Source: Devosia sp. (GTDB lineage Bacteria; Pseudomonadota; Alphaproteobacteria; Rhizobiales; Devosiaceae). Taken from it: a stretch of 64,000 nucleotides of DNA. The notes under the pieces are model-generated. The model searched no databases, had not been told where the DNA came from, and was given only the letters and a program-made list of their open reading frames with translations. The position numbers and the translations under genes are program-made. This document shows positions 51,409 through 61,696 of the stretch, one piece after another. Position 1 is the stretch's first letter. Each line of letters starts with the position of its first letter. The stretch lies in assembly GCA_016713105.1 (NCBI GenBank), contig JADJPS010000020.1, positions 62,278 to 126,277 of the forward strand, given 5' to 3'.

Positions 51409-52340
51409 CTAGAGGTCGTTGGCCTCGACCATGATCATCCTGACGGCCTTGTTGTCGACGATGCCGCACCAGACATTGCCGCCGACCTTGCGGATGGCGC
51501 AGCCCGGGCTGGCATTGGCGATGGCCACCGGCAGGTTCTTCCACTCGCTGAAGCTGCCGTGCCAGCTCTTCACCCACAGGCGCTTGCCCGGCCCGTTGAC
51601 GAAGAGATGGAGCGTATCGCCGTTCTTGCCGGTGACCACCGGCGAGGCCGTGCCCGATACCTGGCCGCCCCAGTCGTCGACGAGAATGTCGCTGCCCGAG
51701 GTGCGCGTGAGGTCCGAGTACTGCACGGCGCTGCCGCCCGAGGTGTCGTAGCAGTGGGCGCCAATGACGAGGATATCGGTGCAGCTGACGGTGCCGCCGA
51801 CCTTGACCTCGAGGTTCTGCCAATCGCTCCAGTCGTCCCCATCGAAGGCGTTGCGGAAGAGCAGGTTCTGCGGACCGGAAACGAAGGCGTTGAGCATCAG
51901 CGTGCCATCCTCGTCCTGGTTCCGCGCGATGCCCGGCGCGCCGGTCGCGAAGCCGCCGAGATCTCCCAGTCGCTCCAGGTGAATGCCTTGGCGTTGTGGC
52001 GGATGTGGAAGACGTTGCTGTTCGGGCCGACGGCGACGCAGTCGATGATGGTGCCGCTCGTCGCGACGCAGGCCGGGTCCGACTTGAGGACGAGATCGCC
52101 GATCGGCGCCCAGCCGGTCCAGCCGCCCCCCTGGCCGTCGCCGACCTGGGCGTACATGTGCCCGTCCGTGCCGCGCACGAATACCGCGACGGCGTCCTTG
52201 CCGCCGGGCTTGTACCAGACGACGCTGGGCGTACCGAGCGCGGAGCCGCCCAGTTCGTAGGTCTCGACGGCACCGGCCGCGACGACGCCTGCGGTCATCG
52301 CGCCGGCGAACGCTGCGGCGAAAAGCATTGATCTGTTCAT
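51409..52340 (-). CDS. Secreted beta-propeller, PLL/fucose-lectin-like, 1-nt frameshift near 51960
   Basis: Signal peptide; blades FVRGTDGHMY..WTGW, AVGPNSNVF..WSDWEDLGG, FVSGPQNLLF..WSDW, FVNGPGKRLW..SEW. Confidence 0.7.
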
Positions 52341-52516
52341 TGGCCCCTCGGCTTGCTGTGCGCGAGGCGTCACGATCGCGCCCCGCAATTGCCACCGTGG
52401 CGCCCCGAGGCTGAACCGGGGCGGTGCGCCGCGTTCAGACTGGCGTCAGGTGACGCGGACCTTTGCAAAGCTGGCGATCTGGGCCTATATCCTGAGCACC
52501 CACACAAGGCGCCCGG

Positions 52517-52741
52517 ATGAACATTTTCGACAAGACATTTTCGCCGTCCGAGGCCGAGGTTCGTTACCTTGATGCCGACTATGTGGTTGTAAGGCCAGGT
52601 AGTTTCGTTCGTTGTGCGATTACTGGCACAGCCATCCCGCTGGACGAACTCACCTACTGGAACGTCGATCGCCAGGAAGCCTATGCCACTGCCGATGCCG
52701 CGCACGAGGCCTTCAGGCGCCACGGCCTGACGGGCGGCTAG
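52517..52741 (+). CDS. DUF2093 family protein
   Basis: EAEVRYLDADY.VVRPGSFVRCAITG..IPLDELTYWNVDRQEAY. Confidence 0.88.
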   Translation: MNIFDKTFSPSEAEVRYLDADYVVVRPGSFVRCAITGTAIPLDELTYWNVDRQEAYATADAAHEAFRRHGLTGG

Positions 52742-52744
52742 GAC

Positions 52745-53725
52745 ATGGCGGAACCCGGCCCGCGCCGGCCCGGCCCGCTCAAGCGCCTGCGATATCTGCT
52801 CGAGGCGGGCGTGTTGCTCGGCCTGCTGCGCCTGATCCGCCGCATCGACGTCGATCGCGCCTCCGACCTGGCGGGGCGCCTCGGTCGCTGGTCCTACCGC
52901 CTGCTCGACCGGCCCGGCACCGTGGCCAATATCCGCATCGCCTTTCCGGATGCCGATGCGAACCGCGTGGAGCAACTGCTGCGCGGCATGGGCGAGAATT
53001 TCGGCCGGACGCTTGCCGAGTCGGCCCACCTCGACAAGTTCATGACCGAGCCGGGGCGCGCCCGGTTCCGCTTCGAGGGCCTCGAGCATCTCGAGGCTGC
53101 CCGGGCCCGGCGGCGCCCGATGCTCTTTGTTTCCGGTCACTTCGGCAATTTCGAACTGGCGTTCGTCGCGCTCCACCACCTGGGCGTCAGGACAGCCGCC
53201 GTGACCCGGCGGCCGAACAACCCCTACGTCGCCGACTGGTTCGCGGAGAACCGTGCCCGGCTGGGGTTCGACGACCAGCTGCCCAAGGGGGCCGAGGGCA
53301 CAAGGCAGATGGCCGCAATGTTCCGCCGTGGCGGCAATGTCGGCATGCTGGTCGACCAGCACCTCGCCCAGGGCGTGCCGGCGCCGCTCTTCGGCAAACC
53401 GGCAATGACCGTGCACAGCCCGGCCATTCTCGCCATCGATCTCGACCTGACAGTGGTGCCATTCGCCGTCCGTCGCGACACGGGCGTGCACTTCACGGTC
53501 GTCTTCCAACCCTCGATCCTGCCACCGCGGAGCGGTAACGCGGGGCGCGACGTTCTCGAGATGACCACTGCGCTCAACGCCTTTGTCGAGGCGGAGGTGC
53601 GGGCGCGACCCGGCGACTGGCTGTGGATGCACCGCCGCTGGAAGCCGGTCCCCGACCTGTCGCGCCGGGCCCAGCGCATTCTCGCCGAGGCGGGTGCCGA
53701 GGTCGGCGAGACCGGTGTGCAATAG
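52745..53725 (+). CDS. Lipid A late acyltransferase (LpxL/HtrB family)
   Basis: N-terminal TM, VSGHFGNFE (HxxxxE), RRPNNP, MLVDQ, WLWMHRRWK. Confidence 0.92.
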   Translation: MAEPGPRRPGPLKRLRYLLEAGVLLGLLRLIRRIDVDRASDLAGRLGRWSYRLLDRPGTVANIRIAFPDADANRVEQLLRGMGENFGRTLAESAHLDKFMTEPGRARFRFEGLEHLEAARARRRPMLFVSGHFGNFELAFVALHHLGVRTAAVTRRPNNPYVADWFAENRARLGFDDQLPKGAEGTRQMAAMFRRGGNVGMLVDQHLAQGVPAPLFGKPAMTVHSPAILAIDLDLTVVPFAVRRDTGVHFTVVFQPSILPPRSGNAGRDVLEMTTALNAFVEAEVRARPGDWLWMHRRWKPVPDLSRRAQRILAEAGAEVGETGVQ

Positions 53726-53732
53726 TCGTCGG

Positions 53733-54707
53733 ATGACGGAACAGGTCGACACCGAGGGCTACCGGTTCGAGCCGTCGCAACTGGCGGTGACCGGGCGCCG
53801 TCCCGGCATCAGCGCCTTCATGCGCATCCGCGACGGCGCCTTCTCGCTCGAGGCGGCGATTCGCAGCCATATCGGGCACTTCGACGAGATCGTCGCGGTC
53901 CACAACCGCTGCACCGACCAGACGCCGGACATCCTCGAGCGCCTGGTGCAGGAGTACGGGCCGCGCCTGCGCGTTTTCCACTACCTGCCGCCGGTGTTCC
54001 CGCCGGGGAGCGATGGGCATCGCCGGGAGCCGGCAAGTGCACCGCGCAGCCTCGTCAACTACTACAACTTCGCGCTCACCCGGACGCGCTTCAGCCATGT
54101 GACCAAGCTCGACGACGACCACGTCGCGATGGCCGAGGGCCTCTCCCGACTGGTGGCCGACGTGCGGGCCGGCCGGCGGGCGCAGCGGGAGCTGGCGTGC
54201 TTTTCCGGCCTCAACCTCGCGCGCGACGAGGGCGGGCAACTCGGCATCCTGCAGCACGAGCCGTTTGCGGGCAGCGGCGACCACTGGGTCCTTCCGGTCG
54301 GACCGGACACCTATTTCGTGCATGACCGCCGCTTCGAGGTGCTCCGGCATCGCGGACTGCCGCGGCGCTTCCACGGCTTTGCCTACTGGCACCTGAAGCA
54401 CCTCAAGCCGGAGTTCGGCTTCTCCAACTACGATCTCGCCAGCAATCCGCACAGCCGCTATGCCAAACGGCTCGAGGCGCTGCGGGCCGCGCACGCCGTC
54501 ATCGACCTGCCCGAACTGGCCCGTACCGCGCTGGCGCGGCTGCCGCTGGCGGCCCGGCTGGCACGCCTCGGCCTGCCCGTCCCCGACCGCGACCGCCTGA
54601 TCGCCGAGCGGGCGCAGGACCTGGCGACGCGATTCTCGGACACCTCGCTGGCGCAGCTCGCCGCGGGCGACCGCCACCTCCGGCCATTCCTCGGTCAGTC
54701 CGGATAG
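53733..54707 (+). CDS. Glycosyltransferase, CgtA-like (GT-A fold)
   Basis: GISAFMRIRDG..SLEAAIRS..FDEIVAVHNRCTDQT, SLVNYYNF, VTKLDDD. Confidence 0.7.
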   Translation: MTEQVDTEGYRFEPSQLAVTGRRPGISAFMRIRDGAFSLEAAIRSHIGHFDEIVAVHNRCTDQTPDILERLVQEYGPRLRVFHYLPPVFPPGSDGHRREPASAPRSLVNYYNFALTRTRFSHVTKLDDDHVAMAEGLSRLVADVRAGRRAQRELACFSGLNLARDEGGQLGILQHEPFAGSGDHWVLPVGPDTYFVHDRRFEVLRHRGLPRRFHGFAYWHLKHLKPEFGFSNYDLASNPHSRYAKRLEALRAAHAVIDLPELARTALARLPLAARLARLGLPVPDRDRLIAERAQDLATRFSDTSLAQLAAGDRHLRPFLGQSG

Positions 54708-55471
54708 CGCGCGAACAGTTCGGCGAGGATCGAGCCCCGGGGCGGTTCCGTGGCCTTGAGGTGATGCAGCTTCTCGTTCCACAGGTGGAGGGTGAGGGTG
54801 TCTGCGGTGACGATGTCGTCGAGCCGCAGCGTCGGATCGTAGAGGCGTTCGGCGGCGCGCGGGTGGAGCGGGTAGAACACCTCGGTCGGCCGGGCGGCGG
54901 CCGCCAGCCCGTGACGAACGGCCAGCGCCGTCATCCCCTTGGGCCCGAACGTGCCGCGGGGCAGGTCCCTGGGCGCCACCCGCCGGCCGAGCAGGGTCCT
55001 CACCCTTGCTGCCGGCGCCCGGTGGAACGGCACCCAGGGCGGTGCACGTCCGCTCTCGAAAGCCGCCAGGGCATCGGCGAGGACCGGCGAGTCCGGCGCC
55101 AGGCGGAGCACCGCATTGTTGATGTAGTCGGCCGATTCCCAGCCGGCGACGAAACCGCCATCGAGCTCGAAGGGGCGGAGGCAGACGACGTCGGTGTCGA
55201 CCCACAGCCCCGCCGATTTCCGCATCAGGAGCAGCCGGAAATAGTCCGCGAACAGCGTCAGTGCCGGTGGCGAGCCGGCGATGCGCGCGAGCTCGGACCG
55301 GTCGGCGACCGCGCCGGCATCCCGCAGCTCGACGCCGGGTGGCAGGTTGCCGATCTCGCCAAAGGCGTACAGGGCGACCGGATGGCCGTGGGCGACGAAC
55401 GAGGCGAGGCACATCCGCTCCATCCGTCCCAGCGCCGATCCGACCCACAGGGTCACGATCCGGCTGGTCAC
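54695..55471 (-). CDS. DXD-motif glycosyltransferase (GT32/capsular synthesis-like)
   Basis: TLWVG..LGRMERMCLASF, LFADYFR, GLWVDTDVVCL, LHLWN. Confidence 0.85.
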   Translation of the reverse strand: MTSRIVTLWVGSALGRMERMCLASFVAHGHPVALYAFGEIGNLPPGVELRDAGAVADRSELARIAGSPPALTLFADYFRLLLMRKSAGLWVDTDVVCLRPFELDGGFVAGWESADYINNAVLRLAPDSPVLADALAAFESGRAPPWVPFHRAPAARVRTLLGRRVAPRDLPRGTFGPKGMTALAVRHGLAAAARPTEVFYPLHPRAAERLYDPTLRLDDIVTADTLTLHLWNEKLHHLKATEPPRGSILAELFARYPD

Positions 55472-55561
55472 GCCACCGACCGGCAACAAGGCAGGGGAGT
55501 CATTCCGATTTCGTCCGATCCGTGGTCTAAGCTGAGCCACATCGATAGGGCGCTTCCCGAC

Positions 55562-57055
55562 TTGCAGCAAGCCAGACCCAGTTCTCCCGCCGGTTTCACT
55601 GACCTTGCCCTTGCCGTGGTGGCGATCGCCTTTGCGGTGCGGGTCACGGTTGCGGCCCTCGTCGGCCTTGACGGCGACGAGGCCTACTACGCGATGTGGT
55701 CCGTCTGGCTGGCGCCGGGCTATCTCGACCATCCGCCCGGGATTGCCCTTTTCATCGCGGCGGGACGGCTGGTGCTGTCGGACACCTATCTCGGCGTCCG
55801 GCTGTTCGCGCTGCTGGCGTCGCTGGGGACGGTGATCGCCCTCTACCGGATCGCGAGGCTGCTGCTGCCGCAGCCGTCCGCACCCGCCCTCGTCGTCATC
55901 TGGTACAGCCTCACACTCACCGCCGGCATCAGCTTCGTCGCCACCCCGGATGCGCCCTCGACGCTGTTCTGGACGCTGTCGATCTGGGCGGCCGCCGAGG
56001 CGATGCACCGCCGGCGCCCCGGCTGGTGGCTGGCCGTCGGCCTGTTCGCCGGCCTCGGGCTCGTTTCCAAGTACACCAATGCCTGGCTGGGCATCGGCCT
56101 GCTGCTGTTTCTGGTCGCTACCCCGACCGGACGGGCCGAACTGCGCCGCTGGCAGCCCTGGGCCGGCGGACTGCTGGCGCTGGCGGCCTTCTCGCCGGTG
56201 ATCTGGTGGAATGCCGAGCGGGACTGGCGCTCCTTCCTGTTTCAAGGGATGCGAGTGGTCTCGGTCGAGGACCAGTCGGGGCGCTCGATCCTCGAGTCGA
56301 TCGCCGGGCAGTTCCTGGTCGCTGGCCCGATCCTCGTCGTGGCGCTGGCGCTGGGCCTCGGCTGGTATGCGCTCCGCGGTCGCCGGGCCTTGCCGGGCCT
56401 GGCGCTGCCGGTGCTGACGACGCTGCCGCTGCTCGCCTATTTCGCCGTCCACAGCCTGCACGCCAAGGTCGAGGCGAACTGGCTGCAGCCGGTGCTCCCG
56501 GCGATGACGCTGATCGGCGTCGGCTGGCTGCTGGCGGCCGTGCGCCGCCGCTGGCTGCGGGTCACGCTGCTGGTGGGGCAGGCGGTGTTCGGGCTGCTGC
56601 TGGTCGGCTTCGTTTCCATCCAGGCGCTGCTGCACCCGTTCGACCTCAGGGAGCTGGACCGGACCCGCTACCTGCGCGGCTGGGCCGAGCTATCTGTGTC
56701 CGTGCGGCAGATGGCCGACGCGGTCGACGCCAAGGCCATCTACACCCTGGGCCAGTACCAGCTGACGGGCGAACTGTTCTTTCACGGGCGGGCCGCCGGC
56801 GACCCGCGTCCCGTGCGGGATGTCGGGCAGGCGATCCGCTACGAGTTCATCCCGGCGACCGAGCGCCTGCCGCACCTCTTCCCGGCCGTGCTGGTGGTGC
56901 CGTCCGGGCGTGCCCCCGGTGCGACCGTGCGCGGCGATCACTTCACCGGCTCGCGCCTGCTCGGCACGCTGCTGCGCGGCGCGCCCGGCGACACCCCCGA
57001 ATCGTACGCGGTCTACCTGGTCGAGGGCGCCGGCCCGGCACTCCCCGGCGAATAG
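55562..57055 (+). CDS. GT39/ArnT-like integral membrane glycosyltransferase
   Basis: DEAYYAMW, GYLDHPPG, TPDAP, GLVSKYT, FSPVIWWN; TTG start inferred. Confidence 0.87.
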   Translation: MQQARPSSPAGFTDLALAVVAIAFAVRVTVAALVGLDGDEAYYAMWSVWLAPGYLDHPPGIALFIAAGRLVLSDTYLGVRLFALLASLGTVIALYRIARLLLPQPSAPALVVIWYSLTLTAGISFVATPDAPSTLFWTLSIWAAAEAMHRRRPGWWLAVGLFAGLGLVSKYTNAWLGIGLLLFLVATPTGRAELRRWQPWAGGLLALAAFSPVIWWNAERDWRSFLFQGMRVVSVEDQSGRSILESIAGQFLVAGPILVVALALGLGWYALRGRRALPGLALPVLTTLPLLAYFAVHSLHAKVEANWLQPVLPAMTLIGVGWLLAAVRRRWLRVTLLVGQAVFGLLLVGFVSIQALLHPFDLRELDRTRYLRGWAELSVSVRQMADAVDAKAIYTLGQYQLTGELFFHGRAAGDPRPVRDVGQAIRYEFIPATERLPHLFPAVLVVPSGRAPGATVRGDHFTGSRLLGTLLRGAPGDTPESYAVYLVEGAGPALPGE

Positions 57056-58278
57056 GGCGGAGCCGGGTCGCGCACGAAGGCCACGAACACCATGGTCATC
57101 ATCGCATACTGCACCGTGTGGAATTCGAAGCCGAGCATGATGCTGGCCAATTGGAACACTGCGAATCCCACGACGAGCACCGCTGCGAAATACAGTCGGC
57201 TGACGAACTGGGAATCCCTGGGCGTTGCCAGCACGGCGAGGATGGGCGCGATCGTCAGCGCGACGAAAGCCGCGATGCCGAAAACGCCGGCGCCGACGGC
57301 GAAACTCATTGGCCCGTTATGCAACTGGCGGAAGCCAGTCATCATCTCGACCTCGTCGGGGGGGACATGAGGGTAGACCGCCTTCACCATGTCGCCCCAG
57401 CCATGTCCAAAGAGAGGTGACTCAAGGAATGCGCCGAGGCCGCCCGAGAGCATCAGCAGCCGCTGCCGGGTGGACTCATCGATCTGTTGGCCGGCCAGCA
57501 CCCGCCCGGCCGAATCAAAGGCACTGATGGCGCGCTCGAAGCCGAAGAAGTACGCGGCGGCGGCCAGCAGGGCGACGACCGCGACCGCAACGGCGCCAGC
57601 AAGGAGGATCTGACCCTTGCGCCGCGCCGTCGCCAGGGCAAAGCCGAACGCGACGAGCGCCAGCGCCGGTGCGCCCAATAGAGCGCCGCGGGTGCCGCTG
57701 AGAAGAACGGCGCCGATGGCGAGGATTGGTCCGAGCAGGAACGGCCAGCGCCGATGGGCCCCTGGCGCAAAACAGCCCACGAGCGCCAGAAACCCCAGGA
57801 TCATCGAGGTGTGGGCATAGTCGTGGGCTCCCATCAGAGGTTGGCCGACGCGCGTGTAGCCGAGGAGGATCACCTGGACGACGGCGACAAGCCCGGCAAT
57901 GATCACGCCGGTGAGGGATAGCCGGGCAACGATCAGCGCGCCATCGGGCCGGGCGGTTCGCTCGAGTTGCCAGCGGAAAGGAATGGCGATGAGGAACGGT
58001 GCGAAGTTGAGGATGTAGAGCGGGTCGCGCCACTCGTCGCTGGAGGCAAGCAGTGCAACTGCCAGGGTGATCACTGAACCAAGGAAGATGGTGTCAACAG
58101 GACTGCGGCTTGCAAGGCGTTGCGCCTGCCGGATGCTCGGAGTCAACAGCGCGAGAAGGGCGGCGAGGAGCACGAAGTAGGTGGTGAGCCGACCGACGGC
58201 GCAGACCAGCGCAAAAAGCAGGCCGATTGCAGCATAGCCCGCCACCCGGACGTAGTTCGGTACTGCCTCGTCAGGCAT
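57013..58278 (-). CDS. O-antigen ligase (WaaL/Wzy_C-like) family membrane protein
   Basis: Many TMs, [27 protein letters not shown]. Confidence 0.8.
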   Translation of the reverse strand: MPDEAVPNYVRVAGYAAIGLLFALVCAVGRLTTYFVLLAALLALLTPSIRQAQRLASRSPVDTIFLGSVITLAVALLASSDEWRDPLYILNFAPFLIAIPFRWQLERTARPDGALIVARLSLTGVIIAGLVAVVQVILLGYTRVGQPLMGAHDYAHTSMILGFLALVGCFAPGAHRRWPFLLGPILAIGAVLLSGTRGALLGAPALALVAFGFALATARRKGQILLAGAVAVAVVALLAAAAYFFGFERAISAFDSAGRVLAGQQIDESTRQRLLMLSGGLGAFLESPLFGHGWGDMVKAVYPHVPPDEVEMMTGFRQLHNGPMSFAVGAGVFGIAAFVALTIAPILAVLATPRDSQFVSRLYFAAVLVVGFAVFQLASIMLGFEFHTVQYAMMTMVFVAFVRDPAPPYSPGSAGPAPSTR

Positions 58279-59131
58279 CCCGGGGGTTCCCCGTCAAGCG
58301 CGACCTGGCGATCGCATCCAGCTGGATGAGTTCGCGCAGCAGGCCCTCGAGCGCGTCGCGCGGGATCATGTTGGCGCCGTCCGAGGGGGCATTGTCCGGG
58401 TCCTCGTGGGTCTCGATGAAGACCCCCGCCACCCCCACGGCCACCGCCGCGCGGGCGAGCACGGGCGCATACTGGCGCTGTCCGCCCGATGACTCGCCGC
58501 GCCCGCCGGGCTGCTGCACGGAGTGGGTAGCATCGAAGATCACCGGCTTGCCGGTTTCCGCCATGATCGGCAGGCTGCGCATGTCGACCACCAGCGTGTT
58601 GTAGCCGAAGCTGGTGCCGCGCTCGGTGAGCAGGACCCCCGAGGCGCCGGCCCGGTCGAGCTTGTCGGCGACGTTCTTCATGTCCCAGGGGGCAAGGAAC
58701 TGCCCCTTCTTGACGTTGACGATCCGTCCGGTCTCGGCGGCCGCGACCAGGAGGTCGGTCTGGCGGCTGAGAAAGGCCGGGATCTGCAGAATATCGACCA
58801 CCTCGGCGGCGATGGCGCATTGCTCGCGCTCGTGCACGTCGGTGGTCACCGGCAGTCCGGTCTGGCGCTTGATCGCCTCGAAGATCGGCAGCGCCTCATC
58901 GAGCGTAGTGCCCCTGAAGCTCCTGGCGCTGGTGCGGTTGGCCTTGTCGAAGGACGACTTGTAGATCACCGCAACGCCGAGACGTTCGCCCAGTTCCGCC
59001 AAGAACCCGGCACTCCGCAGTGCATGGTCGCGGCTTTCGATCACGCAGGGGCCGAGGATGAAGGCCAGCCGGTTGGCGCCGCCGATCCGGATCTCCCGGC
59101 CGCCGGGTGTACTCAGCTTAACTTCCTGCAT
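58271..59131 (-). CDS. kdsA: KDO 8-phosphate synthase
   Basis: [53 protein letters not shown]. Confidence 0.97.
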   Translation of the reverse strand: MQEVKLSTPGGREIRIGGANRLAFILGPCVIESRDHALRSAGFLAELGERLGVAVIYKSSFDKANRTSARSFRGTTLDEALPIFEAIKRQTGLPVTTDVHEREQCAIAAEVVDILQIPAFLSRQTDLLVAAAETGRIVNVKKGQFLAPWDMKNVADKLDRAGASGVLLTERGTSFGYNTLVVDMRSLPIMAETGKPVIFDATHSVQQPGGRGESSGGQRQYAPVLARAAVAVGVAGVFIETHEDPDNAPSDGANMIPRDALEGLLRELIQLDAIARSRLTGNPRDA

Positions 59132-59149
59132 TTCACGAACTCTCACTCT

Positions 59150-59767
59150 CTAGTCCGGCCGCCGGCCCCAGTCCAGCAACCGAATACGCCTGTCACAGTC
59201 AAGTTCTATCAAGGCATAACTTGCGGTGCGAAGCTTGTAGTTGCCGATCTTGTCCACTGATTTTGAGTCAAAGGCCAGCAATGCAAAGCGTGCCGCGCCG
59301 TTACTGGTGACGAGCAGGATCGCGTCGTCGGGATGCTCGGCGCACAGGCTCGCCGCGAAGTCGCGCCAGCCCGGCAGCCGCCAGTCGGCGCCGGCGTTCC
59401 AGCCATCGGGAGCGATCCCCTTCTCGTCCCAGAGCGCGATGGCGGAACCGCCGATGCGGGCGACGACCTCGTCCTCCGTCCGGTTCTCGTCGGGGCCATG
59501 ATCGATCTCGGTGAGCAGCGTCAGGGTCTCGAGCAGAGGCGGATGCACCTGGCGGGCAAGGATCGCCTCGGCCGTCGATCGGGTGCGTCGCAGCGGGCTG
59601 CTGAAGGCCCGCGCGAAGGCGACCCGGCCCGCGAAGTGCTGCCCGAGCGCCTCGGCCTGGGCCACGCCGGTCGTTGTCAGCGGCAGGTCGGTGGCGGCGC
59701 CGATCCGCCGCGGCGTCTCTCCGGCTTCGAAGGTGTTGCCGTGACGCACGATATAGAGCCGCGTCAC
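59150..59767 (-). CDS. Histidine phosphatase superfamily protein (candidate KDO 8-phosphate phosphatase)
   Basis: YIVRHGNT, SSPLRRT, LTEIDHG; GTG start overlaps the kdsB stop. Confidence 0.88.
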   Translation of the reverse strand: MTRLYIVRHGNTFEAGETPRRIGAATDLPLTTTGVAQAEALGQHFAGRVAFARAFSSPLRRTRSTAEAILARQVHPPLLETLTLLTEIDHGPDENRTEDEVVARIGGSAIALWDEKGIAPDGWNAGADWRLPGWRDFAASLCAEHPDDAILLVTSNGAARFALLAFDSKSVDKIGNYKLRTASYALIELDCDRRIRLLDWGRRPD

Positions 59768-60588
59768 GTTCGCCTCGGCCAGTCGATGAACGGATCGCCG
59801 TGCTCGGCGATCAGCCGCTCGGCGCGCGCGACGTCGGCAGGGCTGTCGATGCCGCTCATGGTGATGCGGGCCGGCGCCACCGCGACCGCCCGGACGCTGA
59901 GCCCGATCTCGATCAGCCGCAACTGCTCGAGGCCCTCGAGTTGCTCGTAGGCCGATGGCGGGGTCGCCTCGAACGCCGCGAGCGCCGCCGGCCGGTAGCA
60001 GTAGAGCCCGATATGCTGCAGCACCGGGGAGAGTGCGGTCTGCTGGCGCAGGGCGTCCTCGTTGCGGATGAAGGGAAGGATTGCCTTCGAGAACCAGAGG
60101 GCGCGCCCGTCTGCCGCGCGGATGCAGGTGGTGCCGCTGGCGGGCGCGGCGAGCTTGTGGGCGCGCAGCGCATCGAGACGGGCCCAGTCCAGCTGCACGA
60201 CCGGCGTCGTGACATCGGCGCCGCTGGCGCGGGCCGCGGCAAGCATCTCGACGATGTGCTCCGGCGCCGTGAACGGCGCATCGCCCTGCAGGTTGACCAC
60301 GAGGTCGTAGCTGCGGCCAGTTGCCCGCATCGCCGCGAGCGTCCGCCCCGAACCCGAGGTGATGGCGGGACTGGTGAGCACCGTATCGAGCCCCCAGCCG
60401 CTCGCCGCCGCGACGATCCGCGCGTCGTCGGTGGCGACGACGATGTCGACCCCCCCGGTACGGCCCGCGGCCTGGTGCGCAACCGCTGCGACCCGCTCGA
60501 GCAGGGCCCGGCCGCCGACGGGGTGCAGCGGCTTGCCGGGGAGGCGGGTCGAGCCGTAGCGCGCCGGGATGACGATCAGGTCCGTCAC
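59764..60588 (-). CDS. kdsB: CMP-KDO synthetase
   Basis: VIPARYGSTRLPGKPL, VVATDD, VNLQGD, LWFSK, QHIGLY, EGLEQLR. Confidence 0.95.
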   Translation of the reverse strand: MTDLIVIPARYGSTRLPGKPLHPVGGRALLERVAAVAHQAAGRTGGVDIVVATDDARIVAAASGWGLDTVLTSPAITSGSGRTLAAMRATGRSYDLVVNLQGDAPFTAPEHIVEMLAAARASGADVTTPVVQLDWARLDALRAHKLAAPASGTTCIRAADGRALWFSKAILPFIRNEDALRQQTALSPVLQHIGLYCYRPAALAAFEATPPSAYEQLEGLEQLRLIEIGLSVRAVAVAPARITMSGIDSPADVARAERLIAEHGDPFIDWPRRT

Positions 60589-60589
60589 C

Positions 60590-61584
60590 TCAGGCGAGAC
60601 CGACACGCAGGCAGTCGTGCAGATGGACGATGCCGACCGGCCGCCCGCCGTCTGCCGCGAAGATCGCGGTGATCCTCGGCGCGACGTCGGTCATCCGGCG
60701 CAGCGCCTCGCTCAGCAGCGCCCCGGCCTCGATGGTGCGCGGTGCGCGCGTCATGACCGCGGCCGCGGTCTCCTCGAGCAGCCGTTCCGCCATGTGACGG
60801 CGCAGGTCGCCATCGGTGATGATGCCGACAAGGACGCCATCGGCATCGACGACACCCGTGCAGCCGAAGCCCTTGGACGTCATCTCGAGAATGGCGCTGC
60901 CGACGCTGGTCTCGAGCGATACCAGCGGCAGCCGATCGCCCGCATGCATGACCTCGCCGACGGTCAGCAGCGCGCTGCCGAGCGTGCCGCCCGGGTGGAA
61001 GACGTGAAAATCCGCCGCCCCGAAGCCGCGCCGTCGGAGCAGCACGACTGCCAGTGCATCGCCGAGCGCCGCCATCATGGTGGTCGAGGTCGTGGGGGCC
61101 GAGGTGATACCGCAGGCCTCGTCGACGGCCGGCAGGCGCAGCACGAAGCGGGCGGCCCGGCCGAGGCGCGCGTGTCGGCATTCTGCGTGACCAGCACCAG
61201 CGGGATGTCGAACCGCACGCAGTAATTGGTGAGGTCCTCGAGTTCGCGGGTCTCGCCGGATTTCGAGAACATCAGCACCACGTCGCTGGAGGTGATCATC
61301 CCCAGATCGCCGTGGCTCGCATCGGCGCCGTGGACGAACTGGGCCGGCGTTCCGGTCGAGGCGAGCGTTGCCGCAACTTTGCGCGCGATATGCGCGCTCT
61401 TGCCCACGCCGGTGAGCACGACACGGCCGGCGGCCTGCTGGATCAGTTCGACCGCGGCGGCGAAGCTGCCGTCCAGGGCCGCGGCAAGCGCCTCGAGACC
61501 CGCCGCCTCGAGCCGGATGGCGGCGCGGGCCTCATCGAGGACGAGGCTCCGCAGGCTGGCATCGATGACAGGAGACTGGCGCAC
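60590..61584 (-). CDS. kpsF: Arabinose 5-phosphate isomerase (KpsF/GutQ/KdsD), frameshift near 61170
   Basis: TGVGKSAHIARKVAATLASTG, ASHGDLG, SKSGET; after the shift APTTSTT, FHPGGTLG and two CBS domains. Confidence 0.92.
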
Positions 61585-61696
61585 CGGGCTGGAGTAGCAG
61601 CAATCGAGAAGCCCCCGCAAGCGTGCTGGCCGGCGTTGAGTTCCGCGCCGCGACCCGCTAGTCAGGCGCACCTCCCTCGATCCGGGACGCCGCGGC

